The notes beneath the pieces are model-generated. The model had not been told where the DNA came from and searched no databases. It worked only from the letters and a program-made list of their open reading frames with translations. A stretch of DNA of 64,000 nt from NCBI GenBank assembly GCA_963921275.4, contig OZ001293.3:3520001-3584000 (forward strand), given 5' to 3'. Source of the DNA: an uncultured Hormoscilla sp. GTDB lineage: Bacteria > Cyanobacteriota > Cyanobacteriia > Cyanobacteriales > Desertifilaceae. Position numbers and translations under genes: made by a program. This document shows positions 1-10,671 of the stretch, piece after piece. How positions within the stretch are numbered: the stretch's first letter is position 1; each line of letters begins with the position of its first letter.

Positions 1-915
1 TCGCCCGCCTGCCAAACAATACTTGGATACTCTCCATCCGCACTGATGAGACGCTTCGCTTATGAGTTTTTTCACCCTGAAGATCGGGCGGGACTGGAAA
101 AACATTATGCCAGGATCCTTGAGGCAGCCAAAAGCTCTAGTTTAACCTATCGGATGCGCTGCCTTGATGGCAGTTATATCTGGTTGGAAACCACCAGCAA
201 GATTGTCGAACCCAGAAACAGGTGCAGTCCTCGAAATTGTCGCAGTTTCTTGGGAAGTTACAGAACGCAAGCAGGTAGAAGCAGCCTTGCGGGAAAGCGA
301 GGAAAGATTCCGTCTGGTGTTTTCAGATGCAGCGATCGGGATAGCACTCTACGATCTGGATGGCAGGTTTATCGAAGTGAATCCAGCTTTCTCGGAGATC
401 TTGGGATATACAGAGGAGCAACTGAAGCAACTAACCTTTAGGGATATCACCACTCCAGAAGATATGAAAAAAGAAATCCCATTAATCGAACAAGGGCGAG
501 CGGGTGAAATCAGTAGCTATCATATCGAAAAGCGTTACATCAAGAGTAATGGTGAAATTGTCTGGGTGAATCTGACGGTAAGTATGCTGCGAGACGGAGA
601 GGGTAAGTTACTATACAGATTGGGAATGATCGAAGATATCGGCGATCGCAAGCGGGCAGAAGCAGAAATACTAAAAGCCTTAGGGAGAGAAAAAGAACTG
701 AGCGAAATGAAGTCTCGTTTTGTTTCCATAGTATCCCATGAATTCCGCACACCCCTAACCACCATTCAGTCGGCTGCTAATATCCTAGAGGAATTCCCCT
801 GCACGGAAACAGAAAAAGAGGAATTGTTTGGTCAAATAAAAGAGGCCATTACCCAGATGGTTCGACTGTTAGAAGATGTGTTATTTATTGGTCGCGCCGA
901 AGCGAGAAAAATTGA
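1..915 (+). pseudogene. PAS/PAC-PAS/PAC histidine kinase fragment (frameshifted, HATPase domain lost; starts before window)
   Basis: PAS motifs LGYSP..FFHPED and DGSYIWLET in frame 1; frameshift near 210; second PAS (VNPAFSEILGYT) and HisKA H-box SHEFRTPLT in ORF 164-1003; similarity ends near 915. Confidence 0.8.
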
Positions 916-2069
916 CTGGAGATTTGGCGATCCAGGCGGTGGTAGAACGTCTGAGTCAATGTGTGGGCCCCCAAGACACTTTGGCCCGATTGAGTGGGGA
1001 TGAATTTAGTATCCTGCTGACACAAATGGTGCTCAAAGAAAATGTAGAGGCCTTGGTAGAGGTGATTCTGGAGACCTTAGCGAAACCCTACGAACTGAGC
1101 TCGCCCAAGGTTTCTATCCAGACGAGCATCGGTATTTCCCTCTATCCTGACCATAGCAGCAACCCAGATCAATTGTTGATTCATGCGGACACGACCAGAC
1201 GTTGGTGCCAGCAGCAAGGGGGCGGCAGCTATGAGTTCTATAGTCCTCAGATGGATGCCCAGAAGGAAGAACGGCGGTTACTGGAAATCGATCTGGGGAC
1301 GGCACTGGAAAAATCAGAATTTGAACTTTACTACCAGCCCCAGGTAGATATAATGACTGGACAGATAGTTGGCATGGAAGCCCTTCTACGTTGGTGCCAT
1401 CCCCAACGGGGGATAGTCTCTCCGGAACGCTTTATACCGGTTGCAGAAGAGACGGGATTAATTATCAGCATTGGAGAGTGGGTGCTGCAGAGGGCTTGTG
1501 CTCAAGCTCAAACTTGGCAGAAATCCAGTGGTAGGCCGCTGCAAGTTTCGGTTAATCTGTCGGCCCGTCAGTTCCAGCAGGAAAATCTGGTGGAAACCGT
1601 GGCTTTGGTATTGTCAGAAACTGGTCTAGACCCGCAACTCCTGGCGCTGGAATTGACTGAAACCAGCGTGATGTCCGATGTCAATGCTAGTATCAGCATC
1701 CTGCAAGAATTGAAAGGAATAGGAATTAAAATCTCGATCGATGATTTTGGTACGGGGTATTCCTCCCTGAACTACCTGAAATCTTTACCTATCGATACCC
1801 TAAAAATTGACCGGTCTTTTATCTCCCAAGTTACTTCAAATGACCAGGATGCGGCGATCGCCAAAGCTATCATTGGGATGGCTCATAGTTGGCAGCTCAA
1901 AGTAATTGCCGAAGGGGTAGAAACAGCAGCACAACTTGCTTTTCTCTGTCAAGAAGGTTGTCACAGAATTCAGGGTTATTTCTACAGTACGCCCCTGCTA
2001 GCAGCTGAATTTACGCAATTGTTAGCGGCAAACAAGCCCTTACATCTAATGTTTCAAGATGAAGAATGA
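916..2069 (+). pseudogene. GGDEF-EAL protein, N-terminally truncated
   Basis: Begins mid-GGDEF (GDLAIQAVVERL...ARLSGDEF); EAL domain intact (MEALLRW, DDFGTGYSS, AEGVET); no native N-terminus. Confidence 0.75.
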
Positions 2070-2246
2070 AGTGCTCGATCAATATGACTGGTAAACTACC
2101 ATATTTTTCTCTCCTATATCAGACTTTTGTTCTATTTGTAAGTCCATAATAGTAGAGTTTTTTTACACTTCATCCTCCATCTTGATTATGGGTAATTCAA
2201 CTGTATGTACCTAAATAACATGAAAATCAAGGGATTCAACAGGATA

Positions 2247-2987
2247 TCAGCGGTTAATTAATGCAGGGAAGTTGTAAGCAATGCCTAAGATAATTCCTAC
2301 ATCGGTTGTCTCTTCCTTAAGGAAAGCAACATTAATTCTGGCGGTTGCAGTCAAGTCCTTCGAGACAGGATAATCAACACCACCAGAGATCAGGGGACCA
2401 CTATAGCCCTCATCAATTTCAAAGGCGACACCACCGCCAACGAAGGGGGCTAACACTACTGATTCAAATGGTTCCCGATCGATGGGAAAGTCATAAGCGA
2501 CAGAAAGCATTAAAACTATGCCATCGCCAAATGAACTAGCGGTGCGCAAAGACAGATTGTCGGTAAATCCAAGTTTGCCGACTGTAGCAAAGCCACTTTC
2601 CCCTAAAGCCGTGTCGCCACCTAAACCTATATCGGCACCAATTCCCAGGTAGGTGTCAGCAAGGGTGCGATCGGTTTGAGGGTCTCGACGCCTTCCCAGG
2701 TAGGTGTCAGCAAGGGTGCAATCGGTTTGAGGGTCTCGACGCCGTTGAGCGATGACCGCATTATTTTCCGATGTATTTTCAGATCGGGTTTGCTGACTGT
2801 CGCTAGTTGGGGGTTGAGCTATTAGCGCCTCAGCAGTGGTTAAAGCGCTACCTGGGAAGGAAACAGTTGTACTCAATGGTGGTAATGACTCGGAAGTCTG
2901 AGCTTGAGCGGATAAGCTATTAGCAGCAGTGGCGATCGCCATGCAACTGAGTAGGGAAGCTGTACGCCATAGGTTAATAGTACTCAC
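2247..2987 (-). CDS. Secreted/outer-membrane beta-barrel-like hypothetical protein
   Basis: Signal peptide-like N-terminus, amphipathic beta strands, C-terminal GIAYNF. Confidence 0.65.
   Translation of the reverse strand: MSTINLWRTASLLSCMAIATAANSLSAQAQTSESLPPLSTTVSFPGSALTTAEALIAQPPTSDSQQTRSENTSENNAVIAQRRRDPQTDCTLADTYLGRRRDPQTDRTLADTYLGIGADIGLGGDTALGESGFATVGKLGFTDNLSLRTASSFGDGIVLMLSVAYDFPIDREPFESVVLAPFVGGGVAFEIDEGYSGPLISGGVDYPVSKDLTATARINVAFLKEETTDVGIILGIAYNFPALINR
2642..2743. repeat. 51-bp in-frame tandem duplication
   Basis: 2642-2692 and 2693-2743 differ at one base; RRRDPQTD(C/R)TLADTYLG twice. Confidence 0.95.
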
Positions 2988-3961
2988 AATTCACTCCTCG
3001 ATGATTGATTCAGGGTGCCCATCGCTTCTACCACTTGCCCAGAGATAAAAGGCAGGATGGCGGATGATTGACTTTGAGCTTTCCCCTCTGTAAACACTAC
3101 CAATAAATAGGGTTGCTTGTCTTTAATTTCTATGTAGGCGCAGTCATGGCGGACTTGGCTGTTACTGGCTTTTGGCACCAGTCTGCTGGGGCATGACCAA
3201 AGCCGGGCATCGGTGGGGAGTCCGCCGCCGAGGAAGCTGGTGTATGAATGGTTGGGGTCTGTTTCTAAATCATCTGGGTTGAGGGTCCGGTGAATTAGAT
3301 TCATCATGGCCTGGGTTGCCTGGGAGGATACGGCGACACCGCCTACTATACTATGGAGCAGGCGGGCGGTGGCATTGGTGGTGAGCATATTGCGATTTTC
3401 TTGTCTCGAGCCCAAAAAGGCCCGATCGCGTCCGTAGGCACCGTCACTCCAGGTTTTTTGATTGACGTTGATGCTCTCAAATTCTGGCCAACCGAGGGAT
3501 TGGAAGTAACGGTTGACGATATTGCGCTGGAACTTCCAGGTCTCAAAGGGTCCAGGGGGCAGTTCTGGACCGCTAGTAGTGCCAGTGAGGACATCTACCA
3601 CAAGACTGGTGGCGTCGTTGCTGTCTCGAACAATCATGTCACGAATGGCTCGTTCCAAGTCAGCTCCAGTTTCGATCATGTTTTTGTCTCGCCACTCATA
3701 GATAGCTACCAGATAAAATAGCTTGACCACATGGGCGGGGTAAATGCGTTCCACGCCACGATAGCTGAAACCTCGGACTTGGTGTCTCCAGAATTCGGCA
3801 GTAGAGAGGGCACCGCCAGTGTTGACGGGGAAAGGTGGATCGTAGAGGATCCAGGTAAGGGCAATTTGGTTGCGGGCTAGTCCTGAGAATTGTGCCCAGG
3901 TCTTCTCCAGGATGCGATCGCCCAATTTTTCTAGTTGTTCGTCTTTGCGGAAGAAAATCAT
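2984..3961 (-). CDS. Class A beta-lactamase-like serine hydrolase with degenerate active site
   Basis: YPAHVVK at the SxxK position, DSNDAT, RNMLTT, VRHD; 7-aa insert before the KxG-type motif. Confidence 0.8.
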   Translation of the reverse strand: MIFFRKDEQLEKLGDRILEKTWAQFSGLARNQIALTWILYDPPFPVNTGGALSTAEFWRHQVRGFSYRGVERIYPAHVVKLFYLVAIYEWRDKNMIETGADLERAIRDMIVRDSNDATSLVVDVLTGTTSGPELPPGPFETWKFQRNIVNRYFQSLGWPEFESINVNQKTWSDGAYGRDRAFLGSRQENRNMLTTNATARLLHSIVGGVAVSSQATQAMMNLIHRTLNPDDLETDPNHSYTSFLGGGLPTDARLWSCPSRLVPKASNSQVRHDCAYIEIKDKQPYLLVVFTEGKAQSQSSAILPFISGQVVEAMGTLNQSSRSEL

Positions 3962-5613
3962 GGTTGAATTACTGCAAGCAAGCCGAGGCTCTGCTCAATC
4001 TACCACTGTTGAGTACAGTTGCCGCGTCAATCTGGATCTGTATGATGGGTCTGAATGTGCTAGTTTAGCAACCCAGGCTGCTGCGGGGCGTCAGTTGCGA
4101 GTGCTTTCGGTGCCACCAGGCCAGGAGGCTGTAGAAGTCTGCTTGTGCGAGGATGATTATCGCTGCTGGCTGTCAGGGCTAGATTTGCCGAAGCTGTCCT
4201 TAGCAGAAATGCCTTATCGGGCGATCGCCCTTTCGGACGCTGAGATTAAAGAACGCTTGCCAGGGGCGATCGCCTTTGCGCAAGAGGCCATGCAGCAGGT
4301 TAATTATTACCTTTGGGGCGGTACAGTTGGACCTAACTACGACTGTTCTGGTTTGATGCAGGCTGCTTTTTGCTCAGTAGGTATTTGGTTGCCTAGAGAT
4401 TCTTATCAGCAGGAGGCGTTTGTGCAGGAAATCCCAATAGTAAAATTACAACCAGGAGACCTAATTTTCTTTGGTTCGGCAGAGAAGGTTAACCACGTGG
4501 GACTATATTTAGGTGGTGCGATTCGTTCAGGCGTAAACTGGCGACGGTGAAGTCTGGTCTGGTTTCATTTGCCGGATAACTCTGGTTATCATGGGGGTTA
4601 AATTCCCTCTCCCCAGGTGTGGGGGTAACACCGGTCCTTAGTGCTGCGGGGTCACATCGCCGTGGTGCGGAGCTAGGACTTAAATGTAGGATAGCTGGCA
4701 GCCTAACCCAGTGACGCCGCTAGGAAAGATGCTCATGGTTAGAACAAGCGAACCTGTTAAAGCCTCGTTACATAGAACCAGCGGAATAAGGCTTATACGC
4801 TGGCCCAAAAGGGAAAATGGTAGTTAGTGTTGGTAGTCATCTATTGCCAGCATCGCACCCAAAGAACTCCCGGGGTATAGCAGGGGCCTACAAGCATCGA
4901 GAAATGATACCAGGGAACGAAGTAACCTCACGTGAGCTGTCCCCATTTGGACCAGTTAGATGTAAAGCGCAAGCCGCGAAGAGGAAGGATGTTCTAAGAA
5001 GCCAACGCCTGGGGTAATGCCTGGGATATGCAGACGTAGGACGGATATGGTAAGAAGCCTTTGGTGAAAGTAGCCCTAACACGTCGCAAAACTTAGGAGA
5101 AATCCAAAAGTATGAATATGGACTAGAGTCTCAGCCGGGTAAAGTTCAGAGCCCCGATAAATTGCCAGAATGGGGAAATGTTAGAGAAGAGCGGCTAGAA
5201 TGGTTTGCTGAACTACCCTCCGCGATCGCGCAGCGTGCGCGCAGCGCATACCTTCCGGAGCTGAAATCATTAACGGTCCAATAGGATTGACCATAAGGGG
5301 TAAAATTACAGAGGGTAAGGGGAATACGGGGTAACCCAATAATCCTACTGATGACAACAGCTTACCAACCAGTAGCCGGATGCGGTGAAAGTCGCAAGTC
5401 CGGTTCCGAAAGGGAGGGTTGGGGAGTGATTCCCAGCTCGACCCCGACCAGGGCAAGTACATTCATAGTTCCGGCAAGGATATGGGCAGAAATGGCATCG
5501 GCATTGACCTCTTATCGGAGCAAGGAGATGCTATTAGTCAAGCTTATTATCGCCTGTTACGGGGTGCTGGGCGGGTGCTTACCAGTTATCTACCAGGGGA
5601 TGGTAATTGGTGA
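3960..5613 (+). CDS. NlpC/P60 (C40) peptidase split by a group II intron; exons 3960-4515 and 5450-5613
   Basis: YLWGG, YDCSGL, HVGLYLG in exon 1; GKYIHSSG in exon 2; removing 4516-5449 gives in-frame LGEGKYIHSS. Confidence 0.9.
4516..5449 (+). mobile_element. ORF-less group II intron (IIB-like), 934 nt
   Basis: 5' GTGCG; domain V AGCCGGATGCGGTGAAAGTCGCAAGTCCGGTT at 5374-5405; domain VI ending ACCCCGACC; EBS1 CATCTA (4838-4843) pairs with exon end TAGGTG. Confidence 0.93.
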
Positions 5614-6057
5614 GAGTCATCTCGTTCTCATTCTGTGTTATGATATTTCTCGTTACCAGGCGAGCGCCTGGTAACGCATATCCAGAGGCTCAGCCTCATT
5701 GTTAAGTATAACTAAGATGCCATGTCAAAGCAAGCCAGGAAAAGGAAAAAATTAACGAGCTGTTACGCCGGATTTTATCGAAAAAAATAAATCCCGACTA
5801 TCGGCGAAGGGATGAAATAATATTTGGGGAAGCGTAAAAGCGATCAGCGTGGGTATTTCCTCGAAAATTTCAGGATTTGATCATAGAAAAATTAGAACAT
5901 CTGTTGGCAGAGTATTTTGCCGCTCCAGAGGATTTTTTCAGAGATTCTCCGACAATCTAGGAATTCTATGACTTTGCCGCGATTTGTGCCAAAAAGTGAT
6001 TCAATACCCAATTTATGGGGTTTGTTACCTATCTGACTTATAATTAGCGGGTATATA

Positions 6058-6770
6058 TAGCATTTCTCAAAAACATGAGGTACGAGAGTCAAGAATATAT
6101 GGAGGAGAAAGCCATGAAACCCTATTCAGTATATCTACAAAAATCGGTCTATAAAAATGATAATATATCACAAAGAAAACTGGCGAGCATATTTAGGGTA
6201 GCTCGCCAGTTTTGTTACCAAAATCATCCAGCAGGATCGGCGGCAATTTGTTACCTAAGAAAAGTCCTGATCGTCCACGAAAACTTAAGGATGAAGAACT
6301 GGCAATTATTCATAATTTAGTAAAGAAAAATAATGACTGGACCTTAGAAGAATATCAATCTAGTCTTGAAAAAGAGACCGGTGGTCAGCCGTTCGACAAT
6401 AGATAGGATGATAAAGAAGTTGGGATTTACCGTCAAAAAAAAGCGTTACATCCAACAGAGAAAAGAAGTGATAGAGTCCAAAAATTAAGGGTAGACTACT
6501 GGAAAGAAATAGAAGGAATAGACCCTTTTGACTTAATCTTCTTGGACGAATCCGGTGTTAACCTGGGGTTAACACGCATTTATGGTCGCATGTGGTCAAA
6601 GAGCCCATGGAAGTAAGCCAAGTAAGCGAAGAAAAACGTTTCGATAGTCGGAGCATCTTAAGGGAGTAGTGAATTCATTCAAGATTTTAGGTTCTTATGA
6701 TAGCTTAACTTTTGAAGCTTTTATAGTTAGACATTTAGTTCCTCGTTTATGGAAAGGAGCCTGCTCATGG
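6058..6770 (+). mobile_element. IS630-family remnant
   Basis: End TAGCATTTCTCA; MKPYS.. HTH start, LIFLDESG DDE fragment; many frameshifts. Confidence 0.75.
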
Positions 6771-7370
6771 ACTGCTTACCCAACTTAGGAAACTTTTGTG
6801 GAGTTCTTCGGGTTCGAGCAATGCAAATACCCGACCGAAGGTATCGTGGGATGGTATACCATGGTTTATACGATCTCAACTACAAGGAGGGCTTGATACA
6901 GATTGGGACATCTCATGACACTTGTGAAGTGACTCAATTAGCTATTGGTGGCTCACTTACGGCTCTATACTGTATCCATTGGCAAGCTCAATTTTATTGT
7001 TATGTGATGGCGGTGGTAGTAACAGCTCCCGCTCTTACCTGTTTAAGGAAAATCTGCAAAAGCTTAGCAACAAGCTAGGCATTGAAATTCGGATGGCTCA
7101 TTATTCCCCCTATACCTCTGAGTATAATCCCATTGAACATCGGTTGTTTCCCCATGTCGAACATGTGAGGGGGTAATATTCGACAAGGTGGAAACCGTCA
7201 AAAATTTGATAGCCACAAGGACAACAAAGACAGGATTAAAGGTATTTACAACCGTAATTGATAAGGTTTATCAAACAGGAGTGAAAGTTGGCTCAAGTTT
7301 TAAGGAAAATATGCGTCTTTGACAATATTCTCCCACAATGGAACTATACAGCCAAGCCACAACCGATGTA
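6770..7370 (+). mobile_element. ISAzo13-family transposase fragment
   Basis: GLYDL..QIGTSHDT, LLLCDGGGSN, YNPIEHRLFPH; frameshifted. Confidence 0.75.
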
Positions 7371-7599
7371 GGGCGCTAGAGAGCGTTGAGGGAGCACTAA
7401 AAATCAGGCATCACGGAAAAAAGGCTCTGCTAGATCCCCTGATGGTCCAGATCGCCCCCCGCCAAATCGGAAGGATCTGACAGTATTAAAATGCAACAGG
7501 ATCAACCTTACCGCGATCGCCCCTGGAGCCCCCTCCGTTCCCCGTTCCCTACCGTTCGTAGTAAGCACTTTAGTGCTTCCCAGGCGCGATTGGCGCCTA

Positions 7600-7740
7600 G
7601 AGCGTCGGTCCATTAATAATACTTGACAAATTAAAACATCTGTGAATCAACGAAAAATCAACATATTCTCGCCTCTCCCCCATGTCCTCCCTCTCCCCCT
7701 CATGATTTTACCCAAAATTTGTTGTACTGGACCGATGCTC
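7600..7740. mobile_element. MITE, 141 bp
   Basis: TIRs GAGCGTCGGTCCA / TGGACCGATGCTC, TA on both flanks; related copy at 28538-28736. Confidence 0.85.
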
Positions 7741-7879
7741 TAGCATTCTCCAGCCAAGCAATGATAGGAGAGATTGCTGCAATCAAAGGGCGATCGCCCC
7801 TAACCCGCGCAGGCCAGCGTAAGCAGCCGCGAGATCGCCCTGGCAAAAGGCAATCGTCATTTATCTCCGAAAAGATAAC

Positions 7880-8021
7880 GGGAGCATCTCACTTTTGGCT
7901 CTGTATTTGCGAATGGTACGGTGCTAATTGCGAATGACTCAGGGAAAATGGAGCAATTCTCAATTTTATCTTCTCAATTTTCAATTTTCAATTGCTCAAG
8001 AAGCAAAACTGAGATGCACCC
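7880..8021. mobile_element. MITE with ISKra4-type ends
   Basis: GGGAGCATCTC...GAGATGCACCC, flanked by AAGATAAC/AAGATAAA; ends resemble the IS at 42119-43316; internal heptamer repeats. Confidence 0.75.
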
Positions 8022-8196
8022 AAGATAAAAGATAACACTATCACAGGCAATTATACTATCTTTAATTTCCTCTAATCCCGCCATGTAAGCTACTGCATCT
8101 TCTCCCTGCCCAAGTTGGCGTTTATTGGCATTATTTTGGATTTTGAATTCCTTAATAGGTGGGCTAATAGGTGGGCAATGCCCACCCTACTTCTGC

Positions 8197-9117
8197 TCAA
8201 CGCTTTGGTTTCTTCACCTCAGTCTGTTTAATCTGCTCTTTGGGTTTAAACCCGTAACCGAGATTTAATTTTCTGATTGAGGCATTTGCCGATTTTCTCA
8301 CATCACCCACCGCATCATTTAAGGCACGTTGCAGAAATGGTAGCACCTTGTCAGACTTAATCACCCCCAAAGCTTCCACAGCAGCTTGACGCACTTCTGG
8401 TTTGGCATCTTGACTTAACTTGCCCAAAGTCGGGATTAGTCGCTCAATTTCTGCTTTCATGCTATTAGATGCCGCAATCTTACCTAATCCTGACGCCACT
8501 AATCTCCGCACATCCCCATTCTGGTGATTAGTATATCTGGTTAACTGCCCAATAGATTTAGTTTGACTTGACTCTCCCCAGGCTGTCACATTCTGATATA
8601 ATTCTGGCAACGATGTCTCCTGGGTAGTACGAATAGTGCTCCCAGGAGACATCGAAGTCACCTCCTCTACAGGCGATCGCCTCTTTTTTTTTTCTTGCTC
8701 AATTTGTGCCAGTTCAGCTAACTGGACTTGTTTCCACATAATCTCATATTGCTGTCCCAGAAATTTGGTAATTTCTTGGCTCCGTTCTTCGGACGCCCTT
8801 TCTAATTGAGCAATTTTCTGCCGATTTTCTTCTAACTCCCTCTCATATTGACTTTGCAAAGACTCGCTTTGAGCAATTATCTGGCGACTTTCTTGCAACT
8901 GACTCTCATATTCCGATCGCACAGATTCAATTCTTTGTTGCATTCGAGACTCATGACTTCTCTCTGCTTTGGAAATTGCTTGACTAGCTTGCTTTTTGTG
9001 CTCAAGCTTTTGCTTAGCCAGTCTTTTTTCCATTAACCAGTAGGATATTGCTATTCCGGCAGCCAAACTGACAACCGCTGTCACAATTAAAATCCCTTCC
9101 ATAAGCAGCCCCTCCAT
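8197..9117 (-). CDS. Membrane-anchored coiled-coil / HEAT-repeat protein
   Basis: N-terminal TM helix, Q/E-rich coil, HEAT repeats VRRLVASGLG and VRQAAVEALG. Confidence 0.75.
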   Translation of the reverse strand: MEGLLMEGILIVTAVVSLAAGIAISYWLMEKRLAKQKLEHKKQASQAISKAERSHESRMQQRIESVRSEYESQLQESRQIIAQSESLQSQYERELEENRQKIAQLERASEERSQEITKFLGQQYEIMWKQVQLAELAQIEQEKKKRRSPVEEVTSMSPGSTIRTTQETSLPELYQNVTAWGESSQTKSIGQLTRYTNHQNGDVRRLVASGLGKIAASNSMKAEIERLIPTLGKLSQDAKPEVRQAAVEALGVIKSDKVLPFLQRALNDAVGDVRKSANASIRKLNLGYGFKPKEQIKQTEVKKPKR

Positions 9118-9382
9118 ATTTACTTCAGATTACACCACCACCACCCACCACCTACACTCAGATCATTTAACCAAAGGACTATGCACCTTGACAAATTACC
9201 ACAAACTTCCCTTAAAACAAAAAGTGTGAATTAAAAACAATATTATTAAATATAATGCTGATCGCGCAGGACTAGCGCTCCTGCGAGTCTCTAATGTGGT
9301 CAGTGGTCAGTGGTCAGCGGTCAGTTGTCAACTAACAACCCACAACTAACAACCCAGTCAAGTGACATCGGCAGGACATCTC

Positions 9383-9436
9383 GAACTGATTTCAAGCACT
9401 GGTAACTGATTACCGATCGCCGATCGCTGACACTAG
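9383..9436. repeat. 54-bp dispersed repeat (second copy 19501-19554)
   Basis: GAACTGATTTCAAGCRCTGGTAACTGAT...GCTGACACTAG in both places. Confidence 0.85.
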
Positions 9437-9631
9437 CACCTCTGCTTAACAAAACTTAACCTATCGGCGTCGGGTGTCTGTCAGGGACGATAACCCGATG
9501 GGCAGATCCCCAAAAATAAAGATTTATAAAGGTATGGTCTAATTTTGTAACTAAGGAACCTATCTTTGCTTAAAATATGAGTTTAAGTTCACAGAGCGTA
9601 TTTTCACCACAAAGAGGAGAAGCAAGCAATT

Positions 9632-10129
9632 ATGGCCGATACCGAGATTATTAAACCCTATAACGACGACCCCTTCGTGGGTCATCTGTCCACTCCGATC
9701 AGTGATTCTGATTTTACCAAGGCTTTCATCAGTAATCTGCCAGCCTACCGGACAGGGCTATCTCCCCTTCTGCGGGGGCTAGAGGTTGGGATGGCTCACG
9801 GCTATTTTCTCTATGGTCCTTTTGCTGTACTTGGTCCCCTGCGGGACTCAGACCTGTCTACCGCGGCTGGCTTGCTAGCAACAGTTGGCATGGTTATGAT
9901 TCTGACGATCGCTTTGTCTATTCACAGTGCGGCGGATGCTCCCAAACCTCCAGTGACAGCTGGTGTCCCAAATCCACCCGCAGAACTGTGGACCAAACTT
10001 GGCTGGAGCGAGTTTGCTGGTGGTTTCTTCCTTGGCGGTTGTGGCGGAGCCTTTTTTGCCTATATTCTTTGCCTGACACCTCATTTAGCGCTACTACAAA
10101 AGATTGTTAGTAGCGTATGGTCGTCTTAA
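9632..10129 (+). CDS. psaL: Photosystem I subunit XI PsaL
   Basis: DPFVGHLSTPISDS, NLPAYR, RGLEVGMAHGY, GPLRDS; AGGAG RBS. Confidence 0.95.
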   Translation: MADTEIIKPYNDDPFVGHLSTPISDSDFTKAFISNLPAYRTGLSPLLRGLEVGMAHGYFLYGPFAVLGPLRDSDLSTAAGLLATVGMVMILTIALSIHSAADAPKPPVTAGVPNPPAELWTKLGWSEFAGGFFLGGCGGAFFAYILCLTPHLALLQKIVSSVWSS

Positions 10130-10200
10130 CTAAGATATAGATATTTATTGGATGTTTGCCGGTAAGGACAGGATTCTCTCTTGTCCCTTACCATCGGCTT

Positions 10201-10244
10201 CGATGTACTCCGGGCGCACTACTCGTACTGCCCGTCGCACATCG
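10201..10244. repeat. 44-nt CGAT...ATCG hairpin micro-element
   Basis: 38/44 identical to the reverse complement of 60707-60750. Confidence 0.85.
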
Positions 10245-10339
10245 ATCGCGAATATTTTCGGATCGCATCGATAGACTTTTGGCTCTCAAACGTCATATCC
10301 TTGTGAAAACTTTGTAACTTTACAGGAGGAGAATTTGGT

Positions 10340-10450
10340 ATGGCTACTACAGCTTCATACTTGCCCTGGATTTTTGTTCCCTTAGTTGGTATGGTCCTGC
10401 CTACTGTGGCAATGGGGCTTTTCTTTATTTATGTTGAGAGCGAAGAATAA
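10340..10450 (+). CDS. psaI: Photosystem I subunit VIII PsaI (36 aa, not in the ORF track)
   Basis: [45 protein letters not shown]; follows psaL. Confidence 0.93.
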   Translation: MATTASYLPWIFVPLVGMVLPTVAMGLFFIYVESEE

Positions 10451-10610
10451 TCTCTCAGAGCTCTTAGCGATCAACTCAGTCTGCTGAGAATCACTCTGTG
10501 TCCCCCGGGAGCGCTAAGAGCACTTTCCCAGGCAGAGCCGTGGGAACGAGGGGGGGACACAGCACGGAAAATCCTCTGCTTTCGGGTGGGGGATTTTCTG
10601 TATCATTCAT

Positions 10611-10642
10611 CAAAATCCCCCACCTGACGGCGGGGGATTTTG
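10611..10642. terminator. Hairpin terminator between convergent psaI and psaB
   Basis: CAAAATCCCCC...GGGGGATTTTG with A/T tails; similar hairpin at about 10568-10597. Confidence 0.7.
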
Positions 10643-10671
10643 TTTAGTTACCTACAACAGTAGAAAGCCGA

